Positions 12,156 to 26,250 of a DNA stretch of 64,000 bases are shown piece by piece. The notes under the pieces were generated by a model that had not been told where the DNA came from, made no database searches, and saw only the letters and a program-made list of their open reading frames with translations. This DNA comes from the human T2T-CHM13v2.0 reference genome, Homo sapiens: NCBI RefSeq assembly GCF_009914755.1, contig NC_060925.1, one strand, 5' to 3'. The stretch's first letter is position 1, and every line of letters begins with the position of its first letter. A program made the position numbers and the translations under genes.

Positions 12156-13136
12156 CCTCCCATGCTTAGAGCCCAGAACCTGAGTGAGGGATGAAGCTGG
12201 TGTGTGGCTCACCCAAGTACCAGTAAGGGAGCTTTTCCAAAGTGTCCACAATGTTGATGTCAGGTAGTCTTTATTTGCCTCTCTTTACCAAATTTATGGG
12301 GTGGATATATCCATTTCTGGCTCACTGTCTAAAGAGCTCCAAACATACACTCTTTACAAGCAAAAGTCAGCAGGGGCAGCAGACAGCATGTGGCTGGGGC
12401 GAGGGCGTGTGCTACACAGAGCAAGCTCACAGGACCAGGACAACGAGGGAAGCAGGGTGTTGGCTGCATCATCTTCCAGATGTGTCTACACCAGCAGATT
12501 TTCCTGTCTAGACCATGCGACTGATTTTCCACTCCCAGTGGAGAAGGTCTGAACACGTGTCAAGCCATGCACGGTCTTGGTGGCCCTGTGAAGCCTGAGA
12601 GAGGACCACACCAAGAATCTATTGTGTGCCAGGCCCTGGGGACTAGAACATTGTCCAGCACATTATTTTACTATGTCAGAATCTGCATGAATTAATACAA
12701 AGGACTAAACACCAAGAGTCGGTTTGGGAGTCATTCTGACACTATATAAAGTAGGTGTTTGCTTTTTTTCTCTCCTTTTAAGACAAAACACTGGCTTTCT
12801 GTGTAAGAACATGGGTTATGAGAGGACACAGATGCTAGGAGAAAAATGTGTGACTGGAGAACTTGCTGTCACTTGCCTCAAAGCTAACCATGGCCAGACT
12901 GTGACCCTGTCTTAGAGAAAGAAGACTACCTGTCTAGCAGAGGTCAGGATAGAGTGAGTAGCTTGTAAAAATGGAAACTTGCAAAGAGAGCCCCATCTCT
13001 AGTGCAAGGGGTAAGTGGGTGAATTCCTGATGGGCAAAGTGGCCTAATGAGTGAGCAACTTGGGAACTTAGAGATAAAAGAATTCAATTCTGTTCCCTAA
13101 CTCCCAGACTATTTTATTTTTAAATTGATTAATTAA

Positions 13137-13455
<319 letters not shown>

Positions 13456-13766
13456 TTTTTTTTTTTTTTAAGAGACAAGGTCTCCCTGTTGCTCAGGCTG
13501 GAGTGCAGTAGCAGGATTATAGCTCACTGAAGCTTTGAACTCTTGGGCTCAAGGGATCCTCCCACCTCAGCCTCCTGAGTAGTTGGGACGACCGACATGC
13601 ACCACCAGGCCTGGCTAATATATATATATATATACACGCACACACACACACATATACACATATATTTTTAAGAGACGGATTGGTCTCCAATTCCTGGTCT
13701 CAGGTGGTCTCCCTGCCACAGCCTCCCAAGTGCTGGGATTACAGGAGTGAGCCACTGTGCCCAGCC
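13456..13766 (-). mobile_element. AluJ with (TA)n(CA)n expansion in its middle A-rich linker; host of the AluYb8
   Basis: J-type GGGCTCAAGGGATCCTCCCACCTC and ATAGCTCACTG; TA/CA run at about 13618-13668; remainder of its tail at about 13111-13136. Confidence 0.88.
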
Positions 13767-14288
13767 TGCACTCTCATTTTAGACAGGAAAAAACTGAGGT
13801 CTTGAAACAAGAAGTGGTTATTCTTGTCTCCTCACTCACTGCTTCTGAACCCAGGAGCTCCTCAACTCAGTCTGTCCTCACACACTTGCTCATAGTGACT
13901 TCAAGATCCTGGTGGGGTTTTGGCGAAGGATGTAGCGCTTTCACCCAGGACTCTATATGGGTGACAAAATCAGTGCTGTAAGGCTCATGGGCTCAGACTG
14001 AGAGGTTTGGAATATGTCTCTAGGGCAGGCTAAGCCTTAGGTGTTAAAAGGAGATCAGCCCCTCCCAGATAGGAAACAGTCTGTTCCAAGTTGTTAAAAG
14101 CATGTTAGCACTCCATGGAGACTTCTTCCTGAGTACAGTGGAAGACTGAAAATTTCCTACCACAATAGGAGCTGAGAGTGTTCTTTAGTATTCACGCACA
14201 GCACGCGGCAACACTAGATATGCTGCCCTTAAAGCTAAAAAGTCCTAGATTTCAATAAGCTTTCTCTTAAGCTAAGAAGGACAAAGTG

Positions 14289-14622
14289 GGCTGGGCGTGG
14301 TGGCTCATGCCTGTAATTCCAACACTTTGGGAGGCAGAGGCAGGAGCACCGCTTTACCCCAGGAGTTCAAGACCAGCCTGGGCAATATGGCAAAACCCTG
14401 TCTCTACAAAACATATAAAAATCAGCTGGGTGTGGTGGTGCATGTCTGTGGTCCCAGCTACTCAGAAGGCTGAGGTGGGGGCATCACTTAAGCCCAGGAG
14501 ATGGAGGTTGCAGTGAACCATGATCGTGCTACTGCACAACAGAGTGAAACCCTGTCTCAAAAAAAAAAAAAAAAAAAAAAAAGAAGAAGGAAAGGAAGAA
14601 AGAAAGAAAGAGCAGAAAAGAA
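14289..14622 (+). mobile_element. AluJ with short right-arm deletion and GA-rich tail
   Basis: GGCTGGGCGTGGTGGCTC start; CCCAGGAGTTCAAGACC; TSD AAGGACAAAGTG (14277-14288 / 14623-14634). Confidence 0.92.
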
Positions 14623-15014
14623 AAGGACAAAGTGACTTCTTCTACCTGCAGGGAGGTCATTATACTTCCTCAATATCCCAAGTCCCCTGAGAGTTCTGAT
14701 CCTGGCCCCCAGGTGAGTTCTCAACCCAGCCACAGATCAGTGCTGGCTGTGGCCACAGCCCTGGCCTCTCTGCACACTCACATCTATTTATATTTGTGTT
14801 TCCCACTGAACCTTCCACAGTGCTTTGTGCTGCATCAGCACATGATGTATATTTACAAAATGAACATGTGAAAGAACAGTGTCACAAACAAAGCCAAGAC
14901 AGACAGATATATTTTCCACAACCAAAGGAAATGGTGCTCCCTCCAGCCCACTGGAGGTCCCAGCCTCCCAGAAGGTCCACTCCACTACTCTACAGTAACA
15001 GGAATGAAAAGAAG

Positions 15015-15180
15015 TGTCTGGAGTCACACAAGCCTGACTTGTCACTGAGCTTGAACAAGCGCGTCACCCTCTCTAAGCCTCAGTTCAGTCAACTCAAGTG
15101 GGGAGCATAACCCTGAGATCACAGGGCTGCTGAGAAAAATCAAATCAAATAACTCATGGGAAAAAGCCACATAAACCCGA
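15015..15180 (+). mobile_element. MIR relic
   Basis: CCCTCTCTAAGCCTCAGTT...AGGGCTGCTGAGAAAAATCAAAT. Confidence 0.65.
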
Positions 15181-15729
15181 ACATAGAACAGTGTGATGTC
15201 GTCATTGCCCTGACTTGAGAGAACAAAGCACAGATCCAGTGAAGGGACTTCCCATGGCAACCTGGGAACCATAACTGTCTCTGACTCCTGGCCCAGAGCA
15301 CAGACTCTAGGTTAGCCAGCCAACCCCATCTCTGCAGCATTAATCATTAAGTCAAAAGGTCAAGAGGCCTCTAGCTGGGAGACAGACTAAGTACCTACAA
15401 GTGGGGCTTGTGTATGGTGGTGGGGAGGGGCTAGGAAATCCCCGCAACTTCAGGATTCAGAGCTCTCTGGAGAAGTACAGGTTCATGGAGAAGGAAGCCA
15501 TAGCCCTGTTCCTCAGAAGCCTACCTGCAACATGCCAGAAACTTCCCCTGGCCCAGCCGGGGGGCCCACAGCCTCCAGCAGTGCTGGGAGGGGTTCCGGG
15601 AGGGAGTGAGTGCTGCCCCACTCAGAGAGCACTGACAGCAGCAGGCAGCACTCCTTCATGTCTCTGTTTACTCTTTATATACGCACATACTAAGCACCAA
15701 CTGTTTGCCAGGCACTGGGCTACATGCTA

Positions 15730-16230
15730 GGTCATTCATGCATTCGTTCATCCACTCATCATTCCTTCAATAACAACTGTCTGTCAAGCTCTTCCTGTGT
15801 GCCAGGCACTGTGCTAGGCACTGCAGATCTATGATAGTAGCTAGTAAGTCATGCATGGCCCCTTTCACATTAAGCTTACAGTCAGGTAAGGAAGAGAGAC
15901 AAAGAAATAAACATTGCAAATTGTGATAAGTATCATGAAGGGCTCAAATTGGGGTTAGGGAATAATGATGGGGACAGGAAAGAGGCACTCAGAAAGGGAC
16001 ATCTGAAAAGGACTCTTTGAGTTTGTGAAATACAAGCAGGGGCCCAAAGGACTAGAAGTCAGCTCTGTGTATATTTTGGCAATGGGGCTGGGGGGTGGGC
16101 AGGTGAATGTTTCAAGCACAGCAAACAGCCTGTTAAGGCTGTTGGGAAGACAGCTTGGTGTGTTAAAGGAGCTCACAGGAGGCCAGCTCCAGGGCAGCTG
16201 GAACAGAGGGAAGGGAGAGAGTGGCCAAGC
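15730..16230 (-). mobile_element. L2 LINE 3' fragment
   Basis: CATTCATGCATTCGTTCA tail followed by TGTGCCAGGCACTGTGCTAGGCACTG. Confidence 0.8.
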
Positions 16231-16650
16231 AGGGGATGGTGATCTACTCTAAGTGCATATCCAGCTTCAAATGGCAAAGGCTTGGGTCCTTTGAAAAAGA
16301 CAAATACATCCGTGTCCTCCCTTACTTCCCTCCCTCCCTCTTCTGTCCCTTGAATAAATGATGGTACCCGATATTGGCAGGTGTTGTGAACACAGGGATT
16401 AGTGGAAACCATCTGAAAGCATCTCGCCATCTCTATTAAAAACCTTAAAAATGTTCAAACTTTCTGAGTAGCAGTTGCACATCTCAGAACTCACTTGAAG
16501 AAAAACACACTTTGGAGGCATGAAAAAATTACCTGAAGGGATGTGTGTAGTAGCAGCATTTATACAATTATAAATAACCTAAAAGTCAATTATAGAGAAG
16601 TGATTTTAAAAAGATGCAGTCTTCCATAAATAAAATATTATGCAGCTACT

Positions 16651-17422
<772 letters not shown>

Positions 17423-17696
17423 TCATTCTCTCCTTAATGATGTCAAAAAAGCAGGCACAATCAAGCAATAGCATTTATATGACACTACTACATTTTTAAA
17501 AATTAAAGGAATGACAAATACAAAATCTAGAATTGAGCTATCTCTTGAGAGGCAGGGGCCAGGAGAGCAGGTGAGCACACAGGTAAATGTGAGTTACTGG
17601 TAAGATTTTACTTCTTGGGTTAAGTGGTAAGTTCAGAGTTTTTATTATGGTATTCACAAATAAATAAGCAAACAAGGAAAAAGAAATAAGGTTATG

Positions 17697-18001
17697 GGCC
17701 AGGCACAATGGCTCCTGCCTGTAATGCCACCACTATGGGAGGCTGAGGTAGGAGAATTGCTTGAGTTCAAGAGTTTGAGACCAGCTTGCACAACATAGTG
17801 AGACCGCATCTCTACAAAAGATTTTTTTTTTTTTTAATTAGCTAGGTGTGGTGGCATGCACCTGTAGTCCCAGCTACTGAAGACACTGAGGTGGGACAAT
17901 CACCTGAGCCCGGGAGGTTGAGGCTTCAGTGAGCTGTGCTTATGCCACCACACTCTAGCCTGGGTGATGAAGTAAGACCTTGTCTCAAAAAAAAAAAAAA
18001 A
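17697..18001 (+). mobile_element. AluJ
   Basis: GGCCAGGCACAATGGCTC...GAATTGCTTGAG...GCAACATAGTGAGACC-like J diagnostics; poly(A). Confidence 0.9.
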
Positions 18002-18120
18002 GTTTATGCATAGACCAGTGATGATAGTACGACATGTAGGAAGCATTACGATAAAAAGTATTCACCAGTATATGGCCTAGTCTCAATTTTATTTAAAAAA
18101 CACACATACATATAAATATA

Positions 18121-18470
18121 TAATCAGGTGCCACATACTGATGTTTTTGTTCAATACAGTCCACATATGCAACAGTGATTCCGTAAGATTATATTTTTAA
18201 TATGTAAAATTTTTATTTTATTTTACTTTTTTATGTTTAGATATGTTGAGATACACAAATATTTACCACTGTGTTACAATTGCCTACAATATTCAGTACA
18301 GCAACATGCTGTACAGGTTTGTAGTCTAGGAGCAATAGGCTATATCAGACAGCCTAGGTGTGTAAAAGGCTACACCACACCTTCTAGGTTTGTGCAAGTA
18401 CACTCTATAATGTTGGTACAACTATGAAATCATCTAACGCGTATGCGTGTCATTAAGTCATGCATGACTC
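18121..18470 (+). mobile_element. Tigger3a (MER7A; TcMar-Tigger)
   Basis: GTGTTACAATTGCCTACAATATTCAGTACAGCAACATGCTGTACAGGTTTGTAG...GCATGACT; flanked by TA. Confidence 0.9.
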
Positions 18471-18909
18471 TATACCTGTGGAAAATAGGTAAGAAAGCAA
18501 TACATTGACATGGTAACAATTATTTCAGAATGATTTTTATATTATTTGTACTTTTCTATTTCTACAATAAATTTACATTGAACAACTAGAACAAAAAGTT
18601 GTTTAAAAGAGACAGCTCATTTAGATGTCATCTATAACTTGTTCTTAAGGAGGCCAAGAAGGGCCAGAAGTGAGAGTGGGGAGACCCCAGAGTCCAAATG
18701 GTTGATGCAGTGTAGGGCTGTTACTGATGTGGCTGAGATGTAGACAGGGAGCTGTGGGGAGGCCACCCCTGCCAGGCTGACCCCTCTCGTGCTTTCTCCC
18801 TCCCATTTTAGTCATCTGTGTTGATTCTTTGTCTGGAGTAACAACTGCTTCACTCCTTTTCCACCCTTAGCTTCTAGGAGAGAGGAGGCTCCTTAAAGAT
18901 GTAAATACA

Positions 18910-19271
<362 letters not shown>

Positions 19272-19329
19272 TCAATTCCTTTTGGGTGAAGGTTTTTATT
19301 TTTATTTTTTGAATCAGGAAACAATAATT

Positions 19330-19412
19330 ACACAGAGACTGTGAGACAATCAGTTTTGTTTTAAGTCGTTAAGTGTGTGGTCATATTGTGACACAGCATG
19401 GAACGCGGATAC
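19330..19412 (+). mobile_element. MLT1-type LTR 3' end fragment
   Basis: CACAGAGACTGTGAGACAAT...TTGTTTTAAGTCGTTAAGTGTGTGGTCATATTGTGACACAGCA. Confidence 0.65.
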
Positions 19413-20271
19413 CAGGTCAAAACAGGGGCTATGAGAGAACAGAGTGGGGAGTCGCTAGGTTTTAGACATCAAGGGGAACTGTCCGGGGAGGTGTCATGGG
19501 GAAGCAATGTGGAGGCACAGCGTGTGCACAGGTTCTCCTCTGCCCCTCCGTGTTCTAGGTCTTACCTGGGGAGATGCTCCATGGGAGGCCTGCTTCCTCT
19601 GGCACTGTCTGAGTCCTGGGACTGGGTCTAACCAATTCTGGGATCCAGTTAGCAGGCTTCTCCGCCTCTCACAATAAGATATGAGGGCCAACCTGAACTT
19701 TCTCAGTAATAAAGGTTATGCTTGGGCCCCCACTTGCTATCATTTGCTTTTTTTCCTCAATTGCTGAGAACTAGAGGGTACTGTTCATTGGGGGTCCCCT
19801 CGCAGCAGTGAGAACAGCAATCCAGCGGGGAGGAGTGAGGTTCGGAGAGAGACGAGAGCACCCCATGGCGGTCCATAAATTCAGGCTCGAGCTTAGATCT
19901 TGTCCTGTAGGCCATGGAGAGTCACAAAAAAGTCTGTGTGTTTCAGTGGCTACAGACTACACCGCAGGGCATGGGCCTCCACAGCCAAGAATCTGGTTTT
20001 CAGTTTTCCTTAATCCTGCATGGTCTGGTCCCATGCCCATGATCAACTTGGGTTGCAGTGGTGGTGGTGGTGGTGGGCCCGGGAGTGTGTGTGTAAGCAC
20101 AGGCCTACATGAGGCAGGTCCATGCAGGCTTGCTGTGAGCTCATGTGAATGGATCTGTTGTCTCTCTGTGTGCCCCTGTGTCACTTGGTGCAGATGTGTG
20201 TTTGTGTGTCAGAATATATTTGAGTGTCCCATGTTTATGTGTAAGCCCATTACTTGGACGGTGTTAAGACA

Positions 20272-20515
20272 GAATAATACCAGTTAATGTTTGTGGAGTG
20301 CTTAGTATACACCAGGAACTCTGCTAAGAACTTGACATCCATTTTCCCATTTTTATCCTCATAATGACACCATGAGATTGGTACTATTGTTACCGCACTT
20401 TACAGTTGAGGAAACTGAGGCACAAAGCTTTACGCTAAGAAACAAACCCAAAGGCACAGTTCTAGCAAAAGGCAGATTCAGGAGCAGACTGAAGCTTTCT
20501 GGTTCTGAAGCCATG
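20272..20515 (-). mobile_element. MIR SINE
   Basis: TTTACAGTTGAGGAAACTGAGGCACAAAG core plus upstream MIR tail. Confidence 0.85.
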
Positions 20516-21929
20516 TCTACATGTATCCTCGTAAGTCTGTGGGTATGTGACCAGGTGCTTGGGTGACTGTGTTCTCATGGGCTCTGAAAGCACGTGTGGC
20601 GGGCTTATCTGAACCTATGTGGCCAGGCTATCTTTTTCACTATGTGCTCATAGACACCACATGTCTGCATGGCTTGTGGCATCTGTCTTTGTGTCTGCAT
20701 GTCCTGATATAACTGTGCATCCTGGTGGCCCATGCTTATTTGCATGAATCAACATGTCTCTGTGTTTCTGTGTGTCTCTGGCTGCCTGTATGTGGCCGTT
20801 CATCTGCACACCCCCATGAGGAGTTGGGCAGGGCTCAGAGCCACATCTGGCTCTGACGCATTGCCTGTGGGGAGAGGGTGACTGCAACAGTAATCCCTGC
20901 CATGTGAGCGTGTGTGCCTTCTGCCCTCAGAAGCCTGGAGAAATCCAACAGACGCCCCGCTCTGCAGCAAGCAGGCAGGCAGGCTGCGCTGCTGGGGGCC
21001 TGGCTGGGTTTATTTTCAGCAACCGAGGAGGCCCTGTGGCATTTAATTAATTCCATTCCTTATGTAAACACCAGCAAACACAGGGCTTCAATGGCAGAAG
21101 CACATCCTGCCTCATGCTCCCCATGCTGCCGTTGCATGGGACTTCACTGTGGGGACTGCACGTGTGTGCCTGACCACCCGCCACAGTGATCTCGTCCGTT
21201 CTGCCACTGCATCACCCCCAGGATCTGCCCCCTGAGTCTGATTCCTCATCCCTCTCCTCCACCCTGTGACATCTCCCCTGGCTCAGGCCTTGACAGCTCT
21301 AGCCCAGACCTTTGCAAAAGTCTTAGGGTTGCGGGTGAGGGGGTCTCTGTTCTCAGCTCCATCTGGTGGTCCCAGGGTGAAGGAGAAACTTATAAAATGC
21401 AGGTCCATCAGATGTTTGGTTCAGATAGTCTGCTGACTTTGTCATGCACATAGGGGTGTTTGTGTATGCAATAGTCACCTTGTATCTAACACAGACAGCA
21501 CCTATGTGAGCAGAAGCAGAATGCCCACCATAGCCACCAAGGCCCTGGGTTTCAGTCCTGGCCTTAACAGGAGAGCTCTGTGAACGCTAACATGCCATGC
21601 AGCTCTGGAGGGGAGCAAGGGTCACAATAACCTCCAAATCAGGTCATCAGGAAATAGCCATAAGTTGGTAGCTTGTGGGGAAATTTTTTATTTGAGGAAC
21701 GAGGAAGGTAACAGTGAGGAAGGAGGCACCTGGAGGGGCAAAGCAGACGATGCACCCCAGGAAGGAGGCAGGTAAAAGGATTGGGAGAGGAGTCCTGGAG
21801 AAGCTGCTCATTCCCACAACCCCCGGCAGGTCTCGCAGTACCATGTGGTAACAGCATAACCCTGGGCAAGTCACTTAATAACACAGAAATCTTTCTCCAA
21901 TGTGAGCTTTCCTTGAAGAACTTACAAAT

Positions 21930-22165
21930 AATAATTATCATTCTAGTAGTTCTCACTTTTCAAGACACACTGTCAAGTGCCTGATTTGTCTTATCTTACC
22001 CACTCTTTACAACATCCCTATCAGCTCTCTGCCTCCATATCCCCAGCTTGTAGGCCAGGAAACGGAGGTTCAGAGATACTAAATACCTTGTCCAAGGCCA
22101 CACCTGGGTTAAGCAGCAGAGTTGGGACTTAATTCTAAGTCAGGCTTCTCCCAGAGCCCTTGGTC
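21930..22165 (-). mobile_element. MIR relic
   Basis: GGAAACGGAGGTTCAGAGATACTAAATACCTTGTCCAAGGCCACAC. Confidence 0.7.
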
Positions 22166-22182
22166 TTGACATTGTCTCAAAA

Positions 22183-22240
22183 TTGAGTTCTCTAGCTCAA
22201 AATGCTGGTATTTGAGTTCTGTAGCTCAAAATGCTGGTAT
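22183..22240. repeat. 29-bp tandem duplication (1 mismatch)
   Basis: TTGAGTTCT(C/G)TAGCTCAAAATGCTGGTAT x2. Confidence 0.95.
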
Positions 22241-23059
22241 TATAGGCTTGATGTTCAAGTTCATCTCAGTCATCATCAGAATTTTAGTTCCACTGAAACT
22301 CATACCTCTTGGCAACAAGACAGAGACATAACTAGGGGGTAGGGAGTAGAAAAAGAAGGCTGAGACAAGACAGCTGGAGGAGACTCAGGGATGGAAAGTA
22401 AGTGTGGCCCTGAATATGGATGTGTCTTGGGGCAGCTTCTCTGAGATCTTAGAAGGACCAAGAGCCTGAAGCCTTCAGCTGTGTCACAAGTCAGGACATC
22501 TGGATGGTTAGCCAGACCCAGAATAAATAAATGCCCCAGTGCATATGTACTGTCTTCACCAAAACACATTTACAATCTTCTTGTTCCAACTACAGGGAGG
22601 CAGATGCTCAGAGGGATGGCAAACGCAAACCCACTGTTCAGTCTCCATGATGTCTCACTTAGATGTGTAAGTGCCACTGGCTTTCTCTTTATTCAGCAAG
22701 TTGCCTGTATTGCTCATTTTAGTGAAAGTAAAAAATGTGCTCAAAGCATCTGGGAGGTCCATGCCTACTCAACTTTACCAAAAGCTCTGAGGTTCCTGAG
22801 CCATGATCTCTCTCTCCATGGGGATTTTAGGAAGCTGAGCCTGGTGTCTTGGAAAGGATGATTGTGCTTGACCCCCAGGGGATGTGGGAGGATAAAATGT
22901 GGCCAGGTACATGGAAATAAATTCTAAAAGCACTGGATCAGCATTTGTGACAGTTAAATAATGGGAAAGCCATAGAGCCTCTAGTCTCACAGTGCTAGTC
23001 ATTAGGTGCCCAGTCCATAAATAGTCTGGTTCTGCAATCTTCCCAGAGCCCTGTAGGGT

Positions 23060-23350
23060 GGCTCTTTCCTATGCTCTTTGAAAACAGCAGTGGCCGTGTG
23101 ATTTGCTTTGGCCAATGACATGTGAATGGAAATGGTGCCTGTCACTTCTGGGTGGAAGCTTTAAGAACCAGTGTGGAATTTTCCTGTCCTTTTTCCCTCT
23201 CCAAGTTCTGGACAGTGGCTGGTCTGAGGCCCCCAGCAGATCTGTGGTGTTCACACAACACGGTAGAAAATAACTCTTTCTTGTTTGAAGACACTAAGAG
23301 TTTTGGGGTTGCTTGTTCCAGCTGCACACCCTGGCTATCATGATGGTAAC
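23060..23350 (+). mobile_element. MaLR LTR, MLT1I-like
   Basis: GTGGCCGTGTGATTTGCTTTGGCCAATGACATGTGA...TGTCACTTCTGGGTGGAAGCTTTAAGAACCAGTGTG. Confidence 0.75.
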
Positions 23351-23409
23351 TCCTTACAACCTACACACCGGCTGGTAAGCCCAGAAGCAAAGTGTGAAGA
23401 GCATGTGTT

Positions 23410-24400
<991 letters not shown>

Positions 24401-25869
24401 AATCCCTCCACATACAGGTCCTCTGTTGGTGGCAGGGGACCGTGATTTAACGAAGCAAGGGGAAGTTTCTTTATGTGCTCTCCCCCCAAATCTCTGGGTT
24501 GAAGCGGGAGGCAGGGAGTTCATGGTGATAAATGAGGGCCTTTCAAGTAGCTCGGTGGCCGGGACACTTGGAGGGCAGCAGCCTGGGGCCTCCTAGGGAG
24601 CTAATGGTTTTCAGGAGCAGTTTGGGAAGGCATCCTGCAAATAGCCAAAAGAAAACATAACCTCTCTAGGCTCCTTCTGTCCTGAGTGCTCAGCTGAGAT
24701 AGAGCTCAAAGGAGCTTAATGAATTATTATGTCCACATTGCTTGCTGATAAATGACAGTCTCATGCTCCGTTACCAAATGCTGGTTGTAATATTTAATCA
24801 AAGTCTAGTTTTATGCATCAGTTGGTTTTGAAAATAATATTTATGGGTCTGGAATGCCTTCAACCTTCAGGCATATGGCTGAAGAGAATCTTTATTTTGT
24901 AGCTATTGGATAAGAATATAGGAAGTGAGATAGAGAAACTGCGAAGTTCACTGAGATGGATACTAATTCCTTCATGCCAAGGATTCATCCTCAGGTACAA
25001 ACTTTTTCCCTAAGATCCTTCCATCCTCACCCAAACCTGGTTCATTGTCTAACCCATCAGTTCAAACCTGATTCATCATCTAACCCACCTCCTCCAGGGA
25101 GCCCTCCATGACCAACCCAGTCCCCAGGGATCTCCACTCCTCCAAGCTCTACTTGGTCTCGGCCACTATGCAGAGCATATGCACTGTTCAGCATGATGGA
25201 TGAACTTTACCCGCTGAAGTGTTGGCCGTTCCACTCGGCTCGGGCTCCCGTGGGGCAGGCGGGGTTTGCTTCTTGTTCCTCTCTACCTCTCCTCACTGCT
25301 GGACACCTAGCTGGTGTTAGGGAAATTTCTATCAAATGGTTGATAGAACTGAATTTATAGTCTCTGGGCTTTGCACACATGAGAAGTTCAAAAGTTATCT
25401 GAGATCCTATTATAAACCACTCCCTGAATTTTGTCCTTTTCCCTGTTCTCTCCACCTCAGTGAACATGCCAAGCCAGACACCTGGAAGTCATCCATGAGT
25501 CCCCCAACCCCTCTTTTAATCATTTGTTCATTCGTTCATTCATTCATTCTTCTATTCCTTCAGAAATAACAACAAAAAATATTATGTTTACTCACTGCCA
25601 GGCCCTGTGTTAGGGGCTAGGGACAAACAGTGGTGAATTGGCCAGAAATGGTCTAGGGGGAATTTTAACTTCTAAACAGTTTTTCAAACAGTTTTTCTCT
25701 TGTACATCCAAAGGGCCTGCCTTGGTCCGGGGCCATTTCATCTCTGACAGGTTTCTAATGTGTCCCTGGCCCCCTGCTCCAGCCTTCTCCACCTCCACAC
25801 CATCATCATCACACTTGGTAAACAGTTTTGAGAACATGGAAGTGGGAGTGGGGTGGCGCAGAGAAAGCA

Positions 25870-25990
25870 CTGGTCAGGAAGGCTGGGTTCTAGCTCCCTG
25901 TGAGAAGCTGGATAAACCCTTCCCTCTCTAAGTCTCAGTTTGTTCAAAGGTAAAGTGGGCTAATAATCTACAACTTGAGTGTGGCTTTAC
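25870..25990 (+). mobile_element. MIR relic
   Basis: CCCTCTCTAAGTCTCAGTTTGTTCAAAGGTAAAGTGGGCTAATAATCTAC. Confidence 0.6.
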
Positions 25991-26004
25991 CTTGAGGTAA
26001 ATCT

Positions 26005-26250
26005 AGTGATAATAATTCCATTTCTGAGCAGGCCAAACACATTACATGTATTAACACAATCCGCTCAACAATCAGGGACAGGCAGAAGTTCCTATTACTG
26101 CTATTCCCATTCTGCAACATAGCAACTGAGGCTCAGAGAGGTTAAGTAGCTTGCCCAAGGTCACACAGCTATAAGTGGAGAACTGGAATTCCATATACAG
26201 GACTGACTGACCCCAGAGGACCCTGATCTTAACTTCGACATGCTACTAGC
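26005..26250 (-). mobile_element. MIR SINE
   Basis: AACTGAGGCTCAGAGAGGTTAAGTAGCTTGCCCAAGGTCACACAGCTA. Confidence 0.9.

Noticed and set aside
25205-25270. Small CpG-rich patch as a CpG island or promoter
   Set aside because: Only about 60 bp, far below CpG-island size, with no other promoter evidence.
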